Below are positions 45,306 to 55,563 of a stretch of 64,000 nucleotides of DNA, piece by piece; within the stretch, counting starts at the first letter, position 1, and every line of letters begins with the position of its first letter. Where the stretch lies: positions 32,001 to 96,000 of the IMG/VR virus record IMGVR_UViG_3300018080_008188. One strand, written 5' to 3'. The notes under the pieces were generated by a model. That model saw only the letters and a program-made list of their open reading frames with translations, had not been told where the DNA came from and did not search any database. The translations under genes and the position numbers were made by a program. Source of the stretch: a virus.

Positions 45306-47543
45306 ATGGCTGACCCAAACGATGTGCAGCAAGCCACAATAGAGCGATGGCAAAGGCTCAACCACGAGCTTGAGCAGGCGATAAAAAACCTGGACAGGCT
45401 GAAAGGCACCACTGGCGCGTCGTCCGACGCTGTCAACCGCGCCGGACAGGAAGCTGACGCCGCCTCGGACCGTGTTAGGAAGTTTTACCAGTCGTTGAGC
45501 CACACGGAGCGCATGTTTCTGGATAGCACGGCAGCCGGGCGCAAAATGGAAAAGCAGACGCACGCACTCAATGAAAAGATATCTGACCTGCGAAAGTCGG
45601 CATCCGGAGCTGGCATAGGTCTGAAAAACCTGGCGGGGGGCGCGCTTGGAGCGGCAGCCTCAGCCGCAATCTTCGGAACTTCCGCAAAAAGTGCGTTCAA
45701 CCCCTTGGGCGACACCGCCAAGGTAATGGATCGAATGTCCGGCGCCATGCGAAAACTCGGGTTAAGCAAAAGCATGGTTGCGAGGGGTCTTGGAATGCTT
45801 GGGGCGGCACTGAAGAATGCCAACGATGTGTTTAGGCAATACCATACAACCTTGAGCGTTGCAACCGCCCTTGGGTCAAAGTTCGGAAAAAATGTGAACG
45901 CCCTTCAACCCATTACGGTGGGATTTTCCAGGTCCCTGGAAGACATGTCTGCCGCGTTCGGATTCAGCGTGCCAGAAATAAATAGAGCCGTGGACGCTGC
46001 CAGGAATGTTCCGGGCGTGTTCGAAGAGATGACAAATGCCAGCGAATCAAGCGCAGAAGCCGGAAAAGGCCTTATGGGCGCGATGCTGGCCTTGAAGGGT
46101 GCCGGCATGCCAGCAGCGGAAGCCGGCAGGCTTCTTGATCAGAGATACCAGCAATTCGGAGAAACGGGCATCAAGGTCGTGGAACAGTTAAGCGCCATGG
46201 TGAATGTTGCGGGGAAGATGGGCGTATCCACGGAACTGGCTAGGGAACAGATCACTAGGGCTAGCGCGCCGCTGGCCATATTTGGAAGAAAGTCTGCTGA
46301 TGCGGCGGCATCCTGGAAAACATTCATGTCGGCTCTCGGGAACCAGGTTCCGATACAGGAAGTCAGCAGGATGCTGAGCGACCTGACGGGAAGAATAGCC
46401 AGCATGTCCGTTGAGAATCGCGCTTTCCTTTCGATGGTTTCAGGAGCGGGAAGGGGCATGGGCGCTCTTGGCGGAGCGCTTCGCATGGAGCTTGAGCTTC
46501 GCAGGGAAGGGGGTCTCGAAAAAAGCATAGACATGCTGATGAAAACCATAACGCGTTTTGGCGGGGGACGCGTGGTGACCCTTGAGCAGGCCGCGAGGGA
46601 CCCCGGTCTTGCAATGCAGTTCGAAGTTCAGCGCAGGATGCTCGGACAGCTTGTCGGGGTACAGGGACAGAGCGCGGCAAGGATGCTGGAGGTGCTTCAG
46701 GGGGTACAGCAGGGCGGCGTATCTCAGCTGGAGGCATCCAAATCCATTCGCAATCTGACAATGCGCGGAAGCCGCCTACAGCAGGAAAGCGTGTCGAAAG
46801 GCGACAGGTGGCAGCAAGCGACGCTTCGCACAGCGGACCTCATGGACGAGCTTGTGAAAGTTGAAAGCCATAGTGGAAAAGCCATAGAGGACATGGCTAG
46901 AGACCTCAGGCGGGATGTGCGTGGGGGGGGCACTTTTCTTACCGGCAAAAACATCAGGCGCGCAGCAGCAGGAACCGGAGAAGCTATGTCGGCATTCGCC
47001 GGCGGGCTTCCGGATCTGGCAGACAAGGCTGTGGCACTGATGTCAGATGTTGCCCGCGCCGGCAGGCAAGAGCACCGGCGCGTTGTCGGAGAGCCTGTGC
47101 GCGCGGAGCGTCCGCCAAGGCGAGTTGAGCTTGTTCCGAGAGCCACGGTGGAAGCGCCGCGCCGTCGCGATGCCGGCGGCGGCAGAACTGAACTCGTGCC
47201 AATGCCTGGGGCTGCCGGCCTTTTCACTGGTCGCCGCGAACGAAGCGCGTTTCCCATGTTTCCGGAGCGCAGGCGGATAGATGACACAATGCGGCCGGTG
47301 GCCGCAGCTGATAGGGGAGACATTCTGGCTGGAGATGTCAGGGTGGTCGGGCGCACAGAGGAAGCAAGGCAGCGCCGCGAGTTCGCTGAAAACATGCGCG
47401 CTGCACAGCAGCGCCCCAGACCCGGAGGAGAGCCGGAGCCCATACAGATTGCGATAAACGCGACATGCGCACAATGCAAAAGCGAGCTGGAAAAGCAAAT
47501 CGTTGAAGTAAGAAACAATGCCCACGGAACAGGGCGAGGCTAG
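45306..47543 (+). CDS. Tape measure protein
   Basis: 745 aa Ala/Gly/Met-rich helical protein after chaperones; AAGGAG RBS. Confidence 0.8.
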   Translation: MADPNDVQQATIERWQRLNHELEQAIKNLDRLKGTTGASSDAVNRAGQEADAASDRVRKFYQSLSHTERMFLDSTAAGRKMEKQTHALNEKISDLRKSASGAGIGLKNLAGGALGAAASAAIFGTSAKSAFNPLGDTAKVMDRMSGAMRKLGLSKSMVARGLGMLGAALKNANDVFRQYHTTLSVATALGSKFGKNVNALQPITVGFSRSLEDMSAAFGFSVPEINRAVDAARNVPGVFEEMTNASESSAEAGKGLMGAMLALKGAGMPAAEAGRLLDQRYQQFGETGIKVVEQLSAMVNVAGKMGVSTELAREQITRASAPLAIFGRKSADAAASWKTFMSALGNQVPIQEVSRMLSDLTGRIASMSVENRAFLSMVSGAGRGMGALGGALRMELELRREGGLEKSIDMLMKTITRFGGGRVVTLEQAARDPGLAMQFEVQRRMLGQLVGVQGQSAARMLEVLQGVQQGGVSQLEASKSIRNLTMRGSRLQQESVSKGDRWQQATLRTADLMDELVKVESHSGKAIEDMARDLRRDVRGGGTFLTGKNIRRAAAGTGEAMSAFAGGLPDLADKAVALMSDVARAGRQEHRRVVGEPVRAERPPRRVELVPRATVEAPRRRDAGGGRTELVPMPGAAGLFTGRRERSAFPMFPERRRIDDTMRPVAAADRGDILAGDVRVVGRTEEARQRREFAENMRAAQQRPRPGGEPEPIQIAINATCAQCKSELEKQIVEVRNNAHGTGRG

Positions 47544-47555
47544 GAGGAACTTGGC

Positions 47556-48413
47556 ATGGTCGATATCCCAGTCGACGGCAGCGTTGTTGCCGATCCGGCA
47601 TTTGATGCGCTGAACGATCCCAACCGCCAGTTTAGCATAGTCAGGGAGACGGATCTCGAAAAGCACCCGCTGGTACAGGAGAATCCGGACATGCCCGACG
47701 GCAGGCGCAGGCGCAACCTCATGCGCTGGAGGGTTCCCGGCAAGGGTTTTGTGGACATGTTCATCAACCCCCAGCAGCTGCAGATCCAGGAGCGCAAAGT
47801 CATCAAGCGCACAAGAACAAAAGGCGGCTATGTCGTACAGTACTGGGGCGAGGAGCTTCCTGTCCTGAACATCAGCGGCACCACGGCGTCGGCCGGAGTG
47901 GAGGGAATCAACATCCTGCGCGGAGTGTACAGGGCGGAACAGAACGCGTTTGAGCGCATTGCGCAGAGCCTTGCGGACAGGCTAGGAACATTCACTGCCG
48001 GAGCCGCCATCAGCAGCATCAGCAGCATGATTGCCGAAGGGGTAAGCGAACGCAACCTGGCGTCGAGCATATCGGGTCTCACGAGCGCCGCTGTCACCAG
48101 CTTTCTGGGAGCCGGGCAGTCGGCACCCCTGCATCCAACATTGGCGTCTCTAGCGGTGTCCGCCGAGCTTTTCTACCAGGGGTGGGTATACCGCGGATAT
48201 TTCGAAAGCTTTTCAGTCACTGAAGGCGTAAACATAGGTCCCGGTTTGTTTGAGTATGCAATGGCATTCGTGGCAACCGACATGCGCGGATACCGAAGCA
48301 ATTTCATGCCGTGGCACAGGCATCCTGCCGACCGGGACGAAACGGGCAAGTTCTCCAACTACCGCGCTTCCGATTCCGGAGCGGTGCCGCCCAGCTTCAG
48401 GGAAGAAGTATGA
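47556..48413 (+). CDS. Putative tail tube initiator/baseplate protein
   Basis: MFINPQQL...RTKGGYVVQYWGEEL...ISGTT, YRGYFESFSVTE; follows TMP. Confidence 0.7.
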   Translation: MVDIPVDGSVVADPAFDALNDPNRQFSIVRETDLEKHPLVQENPDMPDGRRRRNLMRWRVPGKGFVDMFINPQQLQIQERKVIKRTRTKGGYVVQYWGEELPVLNISGTTASAGVEGINILRGVYRAEQNAFERIAQSLADRLGTFTAGAAISSISSMIAEGVSERNLASSISGLTSAAVTSFLGAGQSAPLHPTLASLAVSAELFYQGWVYRGYFESFSVTEGVNIGPGLFEYAMAFVATDMRGYRSNFMPWHRHPADRDETGKFSNYRASDSGAVPPSFREEV

Positions 48414-51400
48414 CCATTCTTCTGTCGACCCAGTCAGATCTGACGGACAGCCGCGGTCTTGGCGGCATCCTGTTTGAAACGGCAAGGGACATAGGCATAG
48501 ACGGATTTCCGGGACCTGGGACGGTTTCAAAAGCCCGCGGCAATATCGAATCGTTCCGCAAGGACGCGGCTGAGATCTTGTCGAACGCCATAGGCGGGAG
48601 CTTGCGCGAAGCCGGAGAGCCCAGCTTCGTTCATAGCGGGAAAAAGACGGTCGTTGGAACGAATGTTCCGGCCGGAGAGGGATACATCCCGCCGCTGGAA
48701 AGCGCGTCAAACCGTACCGTCTATAGCCAGCAGCCGGTGGCAAGCGTGCTGATCAAAAAGCGCGCTTTCTCGTCCCTGAATCACCTGTACGATCCGGTGC
48801 TGATGGACGATTCGGAAAAATGGTTGTTCCGTGCTACGAAGCGCTTGTTCATGAACAAGTGCGCTCAGATGCGCGATTACGAAATGCTCACCAAAATCAA
48901 GAAGCTCGCTGATCTGGGGTCGGAGGCAAGAACCGCACTGCTGTCTTTCATTACGAACTTCGGGGCGCAAATCAAGGAGATAGACTCCCAGTTCTACGGG
49001 GGAGGGACTGCCGGGGCTTCGGATGTGGAAAGGGTTTCAGGCAGATCGTATGACTCCGGATCCAACTGGTTTACTTCCGCCATGAGACTGGAAAGGCTGG
49101 CGAGGGCGAAGGAGCCCGTGGATTTTACCACATGGTTCTTCGAGCCGGACCTTCCGGTCGTCCCGGAACTCGGTCTTGGAAGCGGAGTGTTCGAAACCGC
49201 GCTTGTCACCAGCGCAAGCACAAGCCTGTCCCTTGACGGCTCCGGAACATGCTCCCTCTCTCTGCAGAATCCATACAACATCATGATGATCACGGAAAGC
49301 GACATCGAAGATGCGCTTCGTCAGTCTGCGCTGTCCCCGCTGACCGCCGGCATCGGCAGTGCAGCTTCCCGTGCGCTGTCGTCGGCACAGAGGTCAGACG
49401 GATTTCTGCAGGAAAGTCGCCGCAAGCGCGGCACGAGCGCCATCACTTTCACGGTGAACATCGGAGGCGGAAGCGGCGTGAAGGCCGTGATCGACGCCAT
49501 CGGGTATGAGATATTCTCGCAGGACGGAGAGGACAACTTCGACACCATACCGGACGGACACGACATGACGGACAACGAGCAGGCATGGTTCAAAGACGTG
49601 TACAGAAATCTAGGAGTGTACTCGTCGTCCGTGGCGAACAACATCATAAAGGGCAATCCGGCTTCTTCCAGGAAAGGCAAATACAAGGAGGAGATGAAAT
49701 ATGCAAGGCGGATGCTGAGGCGGTTCTATCTGGGCAGATATGTCATACAGCCGATGGACCAGATCAGCGTCTTCATCGACGGCGGAACAAGAAGACCTGG
49801 GGAGGGAAACTCCATCGGCGACGACGAGTCCAGCGAAAAGGCAGATTGGCGGTTCTACACCGAACTCGGCGGCGGGGCCCTGGCGGATGTTTTCGGGCTC
49901 AAAGAAGGGCACCATGTCGACGACAGGCTTCTCCTGGAAGCGTATAAGCGCAGTGGGCAGCATTTGAAGTTTCATGACTTCAAGAGGCTGGCCGTTTCCG
50001 GGGGAGGCATGCATGTGTTTGGCGGTCTGGTCATGAGCGCAGACGGATCGTTCAACGCCGAAAGCGGAACGCATACGCTCAGCATCAGCGCCGGGTCGAA
50101 CATGGAATGGCTCAAGATTTCCACCTACAATAAGAAGCCATCGCTGAAGCAGACAGACGGGATCGTTTACGATCCCCTTACGCCGTTCACATTCAAAACC
50201 GATCCGGCTTCCGGCCTGCCCATAGGACGCCCGGAGCTTACGGATGTGAACAAGGAGATCCTTGCGAAAGCCACCAGCGTGGTAACCGGCGGAGCAAATG
50301 CCGGAAAGCTCATAGCGTCCAGCAGGGCACCGGAGGAGTTCAAGGACGTTGTTGATATAGGAGGGGCGCTGGTTCCGCTCTACGACATGCCACCAGGCTT
50401 GAAATACAAATGGAAGGAAGGCATTGTCACCACCACATACGACATGTCGACCGTGGACCCCCTGGACAAGAGCAAAACAAACGAGCGGCAGCTGCGCAGG
50501 GACATTGGGCAGTTCGCTTCAAACATGCCGTTTCAGAATATGGATGTTGCCAACATCATATCGTCTCTCGTCACCGGATTTCCGTACAATCCGGCTACAT
50601 TCCTGACGAGCGCATTCAATACCGGTACATTTTCGACGGACACCACATTCAACAGCGGTCTCGACTATTTCCACAGCACCTTGGACTACCAGAAGTCGCT
50701 CAACCTTACGCACGGAAACTGGGCACCTTTCAAAATGCTGTCCACCAACCCAGGCCAGCTTGCGCGCGCATACGAGCTGCAGCTCAGGCTTACCAAGCAG
50801 TCGTCCGAGATACAGACCTTACAGACGCAGCTGGCGGAAGTCGGCGACAGCATTCTCAACAGCGATGCTTCCAGGACATCTCCAATCGGGGACAAGAATC
50901 CCGCCAGGGGAGACCTGTTGCGCAGCCAGAAAGCCCTGAATGAGAAAAAGGCCAGCCTTGAAAGCAAACTCAGAACGGCTCTCCAGAAGTTCGACGAAGA
51001 CTTTACAACGGCAAAGCAGAAGCATGATGTGCTCGGAGTCAGCATGGCAGGGAACGATGTCACATTCGATCTCCGCGGTGCCAAAGATTCCGAGGACTAT
51101 GCCTTCTTGGGAGACGAACTGATATTCTTGTCGCAGCGCCGGCGCGAAAATGTCATGTTCAACAGGGACAAGAATTATCTAATAGTTTCCGACGAGTACG
51201 ACAAGGACTTTGACATACAGGCTTTCAACCTGCAGCTTTCCGGCGCGAGCTTCAACATGTGGAGAAGCAACTGGAGACCGGTGTACGAACTGTGCAGGCA
51301 GGCTGCGGAAATCATAGACTTCGAATTCTTCATAAACACCCAGGGCCATCTTGAGCTGAGACCCCCGCAGTACAACAGGACGCCGGTTTCCGTGTTCACC

Positions 51401-53275
51401 GCCATGATGACATTTGCCAGAACAACCGGAATCAAGCTGTTTCCAGACTTTCTGGAGAAGCTGGTCCTAAGCAGGACGGAAAGCCTTTTGAGAGACATAA
51501 AGGTTCTCGAATACAAGATGCAAAGGGAGATGGCGATACTAAACGATCCTGAAAATGCTACTGCGGAAAAGCTCGGAATCAAGTGGTTTGTCAAAGACGG
51601 TGAAGATTTGCCAAAAGCAATGGCGGAGCAGGAGCCTCTGGAAGAAAAACAGAGATCAAGAATCCTTGAAACGGTAAGAAAGCTCGGGGCAGAAGCCCAG
51701 ACGATAGCAAGCCAACAGTTTGGTCTATTTTCATCCCGTTCTCAGGTGAACCTGATGCGAAGCCTAAAGGACAGTCCGTTTACTATAGCTTCGGAGGAAA
51801 TGTACAACCAGGCTGTCGAGAGCCTGGTCGTGCTCACCGGCAATCCGCGCAGAATATATGGGGAGTTCGAAGATGTAAAGGTGGGTGCCGCGAAGAACGG
51901 CAAGAGCACCCCGTCGAGCGACAGAGCGGCGGCCATTGGCCGCCTTAGCTCCTTTGTAAGCCGCAGGGCCAGGCTTCTGCGGAAGCTCGACAGCCATCTT
52001 GGGCAAGCCGAGGAAATCCTAGAGGTGAACGAGGGCGGGGGAACATCCCTAATAACCGGCGGCAGATGGGGTAGGCACATGCATGGGAACGCCGGCAGGA
52101 AAAACGACTTGTTCGACAAACTGGTTGTGGATGATGCCGCCAACATACTCGGGCACATGTCCGGTCGCCGATTCGTTATAGAAGACGATGTGATAAAGGA
52201 ATCGAGCTTCAAGGAGAGCCAACCGGGCTTTACGCATGTGTCCGTGCAGGGGACGGAGCCGCTCATAGGCGAGAGACTTGGCGGCGCCAGCGCAGGAGTG
52301 CCTATTTTCCTGGCAATAGGCGTGGATTTCGACATGTGGAGGCAGTACGGGTTTCGGTCGGAAAAACCCTTCGAAAAGCCGTTCCTATGGAACGCAGAGC
52401 AGCAGTGCGCTCCGTACGCAAAAATGCTTCTGTCCCGGCAGCGCAGAAACATAGTCACCGGAAACATCAAGGTGATAGGAAACGAATTCTACCAGCTGGG
52501 AGATGTGGTGTATGTAGCGGACAGGCAGCTTCTGTACTATGTTAATAGAATTTCGCACAACTTCGTGTACGAGGGCGATTTCTCGACTTCTCTTGAGCTG
52601 AACTACGGCCATCCTCCAGGAGAGTACATTCCGACGCCGACTGACATAATGGGCAAAAGCCTGTCAAACAAATACGACAAGCAGGCATCCTACCGTACCA
52701 GGCGCTTCGGTCCCGGCATGGGACCGTCTCAGGACATGGTGCTCGGAGCGGTGCTGTTTTCCGAAAGCGGTAGCGATTCGACCAAGCTGGACCTTTTGCG
52801 AAGCGGTTCCGGGCACGGAAGGCGCAACTACGATGTTCTTGTCCGGGCGCTTGCCACAATGCGCAGCGAAGCCGTTTCGGACGACAAGAGCCGCAATCCG
52901 CGTCTTCTGATACTTTCGTTCGGCGACAATTCAGACAAGTCGTCGCAGGAATCGAGGATGAAAAAAGTAAGCGACTGGTTTTTGAATCCAGAATCTGGAG
53001 CGCAGGCAAGCGACATGTCTGTTCCTTCATCTGCCATGTCGGCTGGAGGAAAGTTCGGCGGTATCAAACAGCTGGATCCAGCCAAGGTGGAAATCAGAAC
53101 CAAATTCGTGCCTCAGCTGCTGCCGGTAGGCCAGCTTTCGTCAACCGATCTCAACCTCCTCAGAGAGGGGTCGACAGCCAGTCCGGACGCGCACGCGCTT
53201 GATCCGACGCTGAAAAACGTAATCGAGATAAGGCTAAGAAGACCGCCGCCCGGCGGATGGACGGAGCAGGACTAG
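48410..53275 (+). CDS. Large baseplate hub protein
   Basis: 1621 aa from ATGA overlap; FEFF...GHL.LRPP.YN, YGFR, G..FYQLG..V...YYV..ISH.F...F.T.L.L hub signature. Confidence 0.7.
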   Translation: MTILLSTQSDLTDSRGLGGILFETARDIGIDGFPGPGTVSKARGNIESFRKDAAEILSNAIGGSLREAGEPSFVHSGKKTVVGTNVPAGEGYIPPLESASNRTVYSQQPVASVLIKKRAFSSLNHLYDPVLMDDSEKWLFRATKRLFMNKCAQMRDYEMLTKIKKLADLGSEARTALLSFITNFGAQIKEIDSQFYGGGTAGASDVERVSGRSYDSGSNWFTSAMRLERLARAKEPVDFTTWFFEPDLPVVPELGLGSGVFETALVTSASTSLSLDGSGTCSLSLQNPYNIMMITESDIEDALRQSALSPLTAGIGSAASRALSSAQRSDGFLQESRRKRGTSAITFTVNIGGGSGVKAVIDAIGYEIFSQDGEDNFDTIPDGHDMTDNEQAWFKDVYRNLGVYSSSVANNIIKGNPASSRKGKYKEEMKYARRMLRRFYLGRYVIQPMDQISVFIDGGTRRPGEGNSIGDDESSEKADWRFYTELGGGALADVFGLKEGHHVDDRLLLEAYKRSGQHLKFHDFKRLAVSGGGMHVFGGLVMSADGSFNAESGTHTLSISAGSNMEWLKISTYNKKPSLKQTDGIVYDPLTPFTFKTDPASGLPIGRPELTDVNKEILAKATSVVTGGANAGKLIASSRAPEEFKDVVDIGGALVPLYDMPPGLKYKWKEGIVTTTYDMSTVDPLDKSKTNERQLRRDIGQFASNMPFQNMDVANIISSLVTGFPYNPATFLTSAFNTGTFSTDTTFNSGLDYFHSTLDYQKSLNLTHGNWAPFKMLSTNPGQLARAYELQLRLTKQSSEIQTLQTQLAEVGDSILNSDASRTSPIGDKNPARGDLLRSQKALNEKKASLESKLRTALQKFDEDFTTAKQKHDVLGVSMAGNDVTFDLRGAKDSEDYAFLGDELIFLSQRRRENVMFNRDKNYLIVSDEYDKDFDIQAFNLQLSGASFNMWRSNWRPVYELCRQAAEIIDFEFFINTQGHLELRPPQYNRTPVSVFTAMMTFARTTGIKLFPDFLEKLVLSRTESLLRDIKVLEYKMQREMAILNDPENATAEKLGIKWFVKDGEDLPKAMAEQEPLEEKQRSRILETVRKLGAEAQTIASQQFGLFSSRSQVNLMRSLKDSPFTIASEEMYNQAVESLVVLTGNPRRIYGEFEDVKVGAAKNGKSTPSSDRAAAIGRLSSFVSRRARLLRKLDSHLGQAEEILEVNEGGGTSLITGGRWGRHMHGNAGRKNDLFDKLVVDDAANILGHMSGRRFVIEDDVIKESSFKESQPGFTHVSVQGTEPLIGERLGGASAGVPIFLAIGVDFDMWRQYGFRSEKPFEKPFLWNAEQQCAPYAKMLLSRQRRNIVTGNIKVIGNEFYQLGDVVYVADRQLLYYVNRISHNFVYEGDFSTSLELNYGHPPGEYIPTPTDIMGKSLSNKYDKQASYRTRRFGPGMGPSQDMVLGAVLFSESGSDSTKLDLLRSGSGHGRRNYDVLVRALATMRSEAVSDDKSRNPRLLILSFGDNSDKSSQESRMKKVSDWFLNPESGAQASDMSVPSSAMSAGGKFGGIKQLDPAKVEIRTKFVPQLLPVGQLSSTDLNLLREGSTASPDAHALDPTLKNVIEIRLRRPPPGGWTEQD

Positions 53276-53278
53276 AAC

Positions 53279-55555
53279 ATGACCTACGTATCCAACCATA
53301 TCAGGTTTGCCGTCGTAAAAAGCGTAGACTACGATCGCGGCTTGATGCGAACTACATGGCTGGATAGCAACGGGGAGGACGGTCCGGATGTTCCAATTCC
53401 GCACCCGGCCCAAGGGCGCGGGGAGGGAATATTCTCCGGCATAAGGCCGGGAATGCAAATAGCCCTAGACCTTGGCTCGTACGAAAGGTATGTGCCGACC
53501 TCCATCGTGCCCATGCGCGCCTTTACCACCTCGGACATAAGCTATGCCTCAGAAACGCGCGTCGAGGATGTGACGCCTCCGCATGTTGAAGAGGGGGAAA
53601 TCTGCATACAGGGACCGGCCGGCGGCCGGCTGTATTTCAACAGGTTGGCTGATGTCACTTTGGTAAACAGGCATTACGAGGGGCTTGTTTTGGGCGGCGA
53701 TGAGGACAAGGAGCACAGGTGCTCGATACAGTTCGGAGCTCCTGTCGGCTACTGCGTGTCGCAGGCTGGGCTGAAAGCCGAGGGAATCGTCAGAAGGGAC
53801 CTGCGCGACGACGAATCCGATTTTGACACGGCGATAGCGGACCCGATGACGGACATCGACTTCGAGCAGATTCTGGAAGAGGTCGGCAGGGACCCGTCAA
53901 AGGCCATAGCCATGTACACGCGCCATTCCGGGGCGGACAACGAGTCGAACGCCATGTCGACCGACCAGTTCAAAAACCCGCCGTTTGTGGAAAGGCGCAC
54001 GGTCATGAACGAGTTCGGAGCGGACTGGCGCATCGGCACGCAAGACGAGGAAGAGGCGCTGCTGCGGGGCGAGAAGAACATGATTGCCGTGCGGATCGCC
54101 GACGACAGGCGCGAGCGCAGAACGAACATTCTCAGCCTTTCATATGCTTTTCCGAACGAACTGATGGAGTCAGTAGACGGAACGCTAGTGGATTTGTTCG
54201 GAAACCTGCTGGACGCAAACAGGCATGCGCTGCCGCTGCCGAACGACAAGAACGAAAAGCAGTGGTTTGAAGCGGCAATTGAGAACGCCCAGCACACAAT
54301 AGCCATACACCGCGAAATAAACAGCAGGAAAGGATGGGGGTACAGATCAGACGGCCTCAGCCCGTTCAAGCACGAGGTGAACCCGCAGGTGCCGGGCGAT
54401 TCGTCGAACAATGCGCGCGATCGAAGCAGATGGTTTTTAGATGTGGACAAAGAGGGCTTTACGAAGGTCAACATACCGGCCACATCAGAAACGGGAGTTG
54501 TTCCGGTCCTTGCCAGGTACGAAAATTCAAGCACCGTGGTTGTCGACGAGGGCGGAGAGGCCGGAAAAAGTGGAAGGCCGAAAGACGACATTCGCGCCCT
54601 GTTCAGACCTTCGCCTGAGAAAATGGACAGGAGGGATATTTTCCTTGACCAGTTCGGTCCCGGGGGAATTACTGTTTCCGGACAGTCTCCGGGAGGCTCA
54701 AGCAGCCCCGTTCCCAGCAATAGGCTGGCCGGGGAGAAAACCAGCTGGATTGAAAGCAAAGACGGGAGCGCAAGCTCCAGACAAACGCTTCCGGGCATCG
54801 TCCAAGCCGGAACGGCCTTTCATGACATCACCCGGACCGCCGTCGCGCTGCTGAACGGCAGCATCAACAAGTCCTCAGACCAGGCGCTCGGTCCAGCCGC
54901 GATATTGGCAGACCCGCCCGCCGTGTTTCAGACCGTAAATCGAGCGGTTCCTGACAGGAACATTTCTGTCTTGCTGGACAAGTTTGGAAGACCTGTCAAC
55001 GCACCATATGCGGGAGGAAGAAGCCTGCAGGCAAATCTTGACGGTAGCCTGGAAATGTCCGTCGGAGCCAATACGGTCGACCGGCTGTCGCTGACAATGA
55101 ACACTGCCGGAGGAGTGGCTGCCAGGATTGGCAGGGACAGGATGGGGCGCAGCATGGTAATGCAGGCAGACGGAACCATAGCGCTTGAAGTGGGCGGGTT
55201 CGATTTCGTTGGTAGCTCATCTGGCGATACGGTCGACACTAGGTTTTCGGGAGGAGGAGTGCTGCGCAAGGACAGGCTTCCGAAAGATCAGACGGTCTTC
55301 AGGTCCGGCAAGGTGGTTATCCGGGTTCGCCGAAAAAGCCTGACGCAAGACGGTCCGGACGAAAGCGCGGACGACCAGGTAATTATAATCGACGAAAACG
55401 GCATGAGTATAGAGGTGGCGGGGCGCATGAACTTCGTATCCAAGGGCGATATGACATTCAAGACCGGATCGCGCTTCATGGTTGACGCCGAAGCGATACA
55501 GCTTTACAACGGCAACGCTGCCAGGTTTGTGATAAAGAACAACAAGAAGATCTAG
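53279..55555 (+). CDS. Putative baseplate central spike (gp5/gpV-like)
   Basis: N-terminal OB-fold pattern AVVKSVDY..G...V, beta-strand repeats at C-terminus; follows hub. Confidence 0.6.
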   Translation: MTYVSNHIRFAVVKSVDYDRGLMRTTWLDSNGEDGPDVPIPHPAQGRGEGIFSGIRPGMQIALDLGSYERYVPTSIVPMRAFTTSDISYASETRVEDVTPPHVEEGEICIQGPAGGRLYFNRLADVTLVNRHYEGLVLGGDEDKEHRCSIQFGAPVGYCVSQAGLKAEGIVRRDLRDDESDFDTAIADPMTDIDFEQILEEVGRDPSKAIAMYTRHSGADNESNAMSTDQFKNPPFVERRTVMNEFGADWRIGTQDEEEALLRGEKNMIAVRIADDRRERRTNILSLSYAFPNELMESVDGTLVDLFGNLLDANRHALPLPNDKNEKQWFEAAIENAQHTIAIHREINSRKGWGYRSDGLSPFKHEVNPQVPGDSSNNARDRSRWFLDVDKEGFTKVNIPATSETGVVPVLARYENSSTVVVDEGGEAGKSGRPKDDIRALFRPSPEKMDRRDIFLDQFGPGGITVSGQSPGGSSSPVPSNRLAGEKTSWIESKDGSASSRQTLPGIVQAGTAFHDITRTAVALLNGSINKSSDQALGPAAILADPPAVFQTVNRAVPDRNISVLLDKFGRPVNAPYAGGRSLQANLDGSLEMSVGANTVDRLSLTMNTAGGVAARIGRDRMGRSMVMQADGTIALEVGGFDFVGSSSGDTVDTRFSGGGVLRKDRLPKDQTVFRSGKVVIRVRRKSLTQDGPDESADDQVIIIDENGMSIEVAGRMNFVSKGDMTFKTGSRFMVDAEAIQLYNGNAARFVIKNNKKI

Positions 55556-55563
55556 GAGAAGGG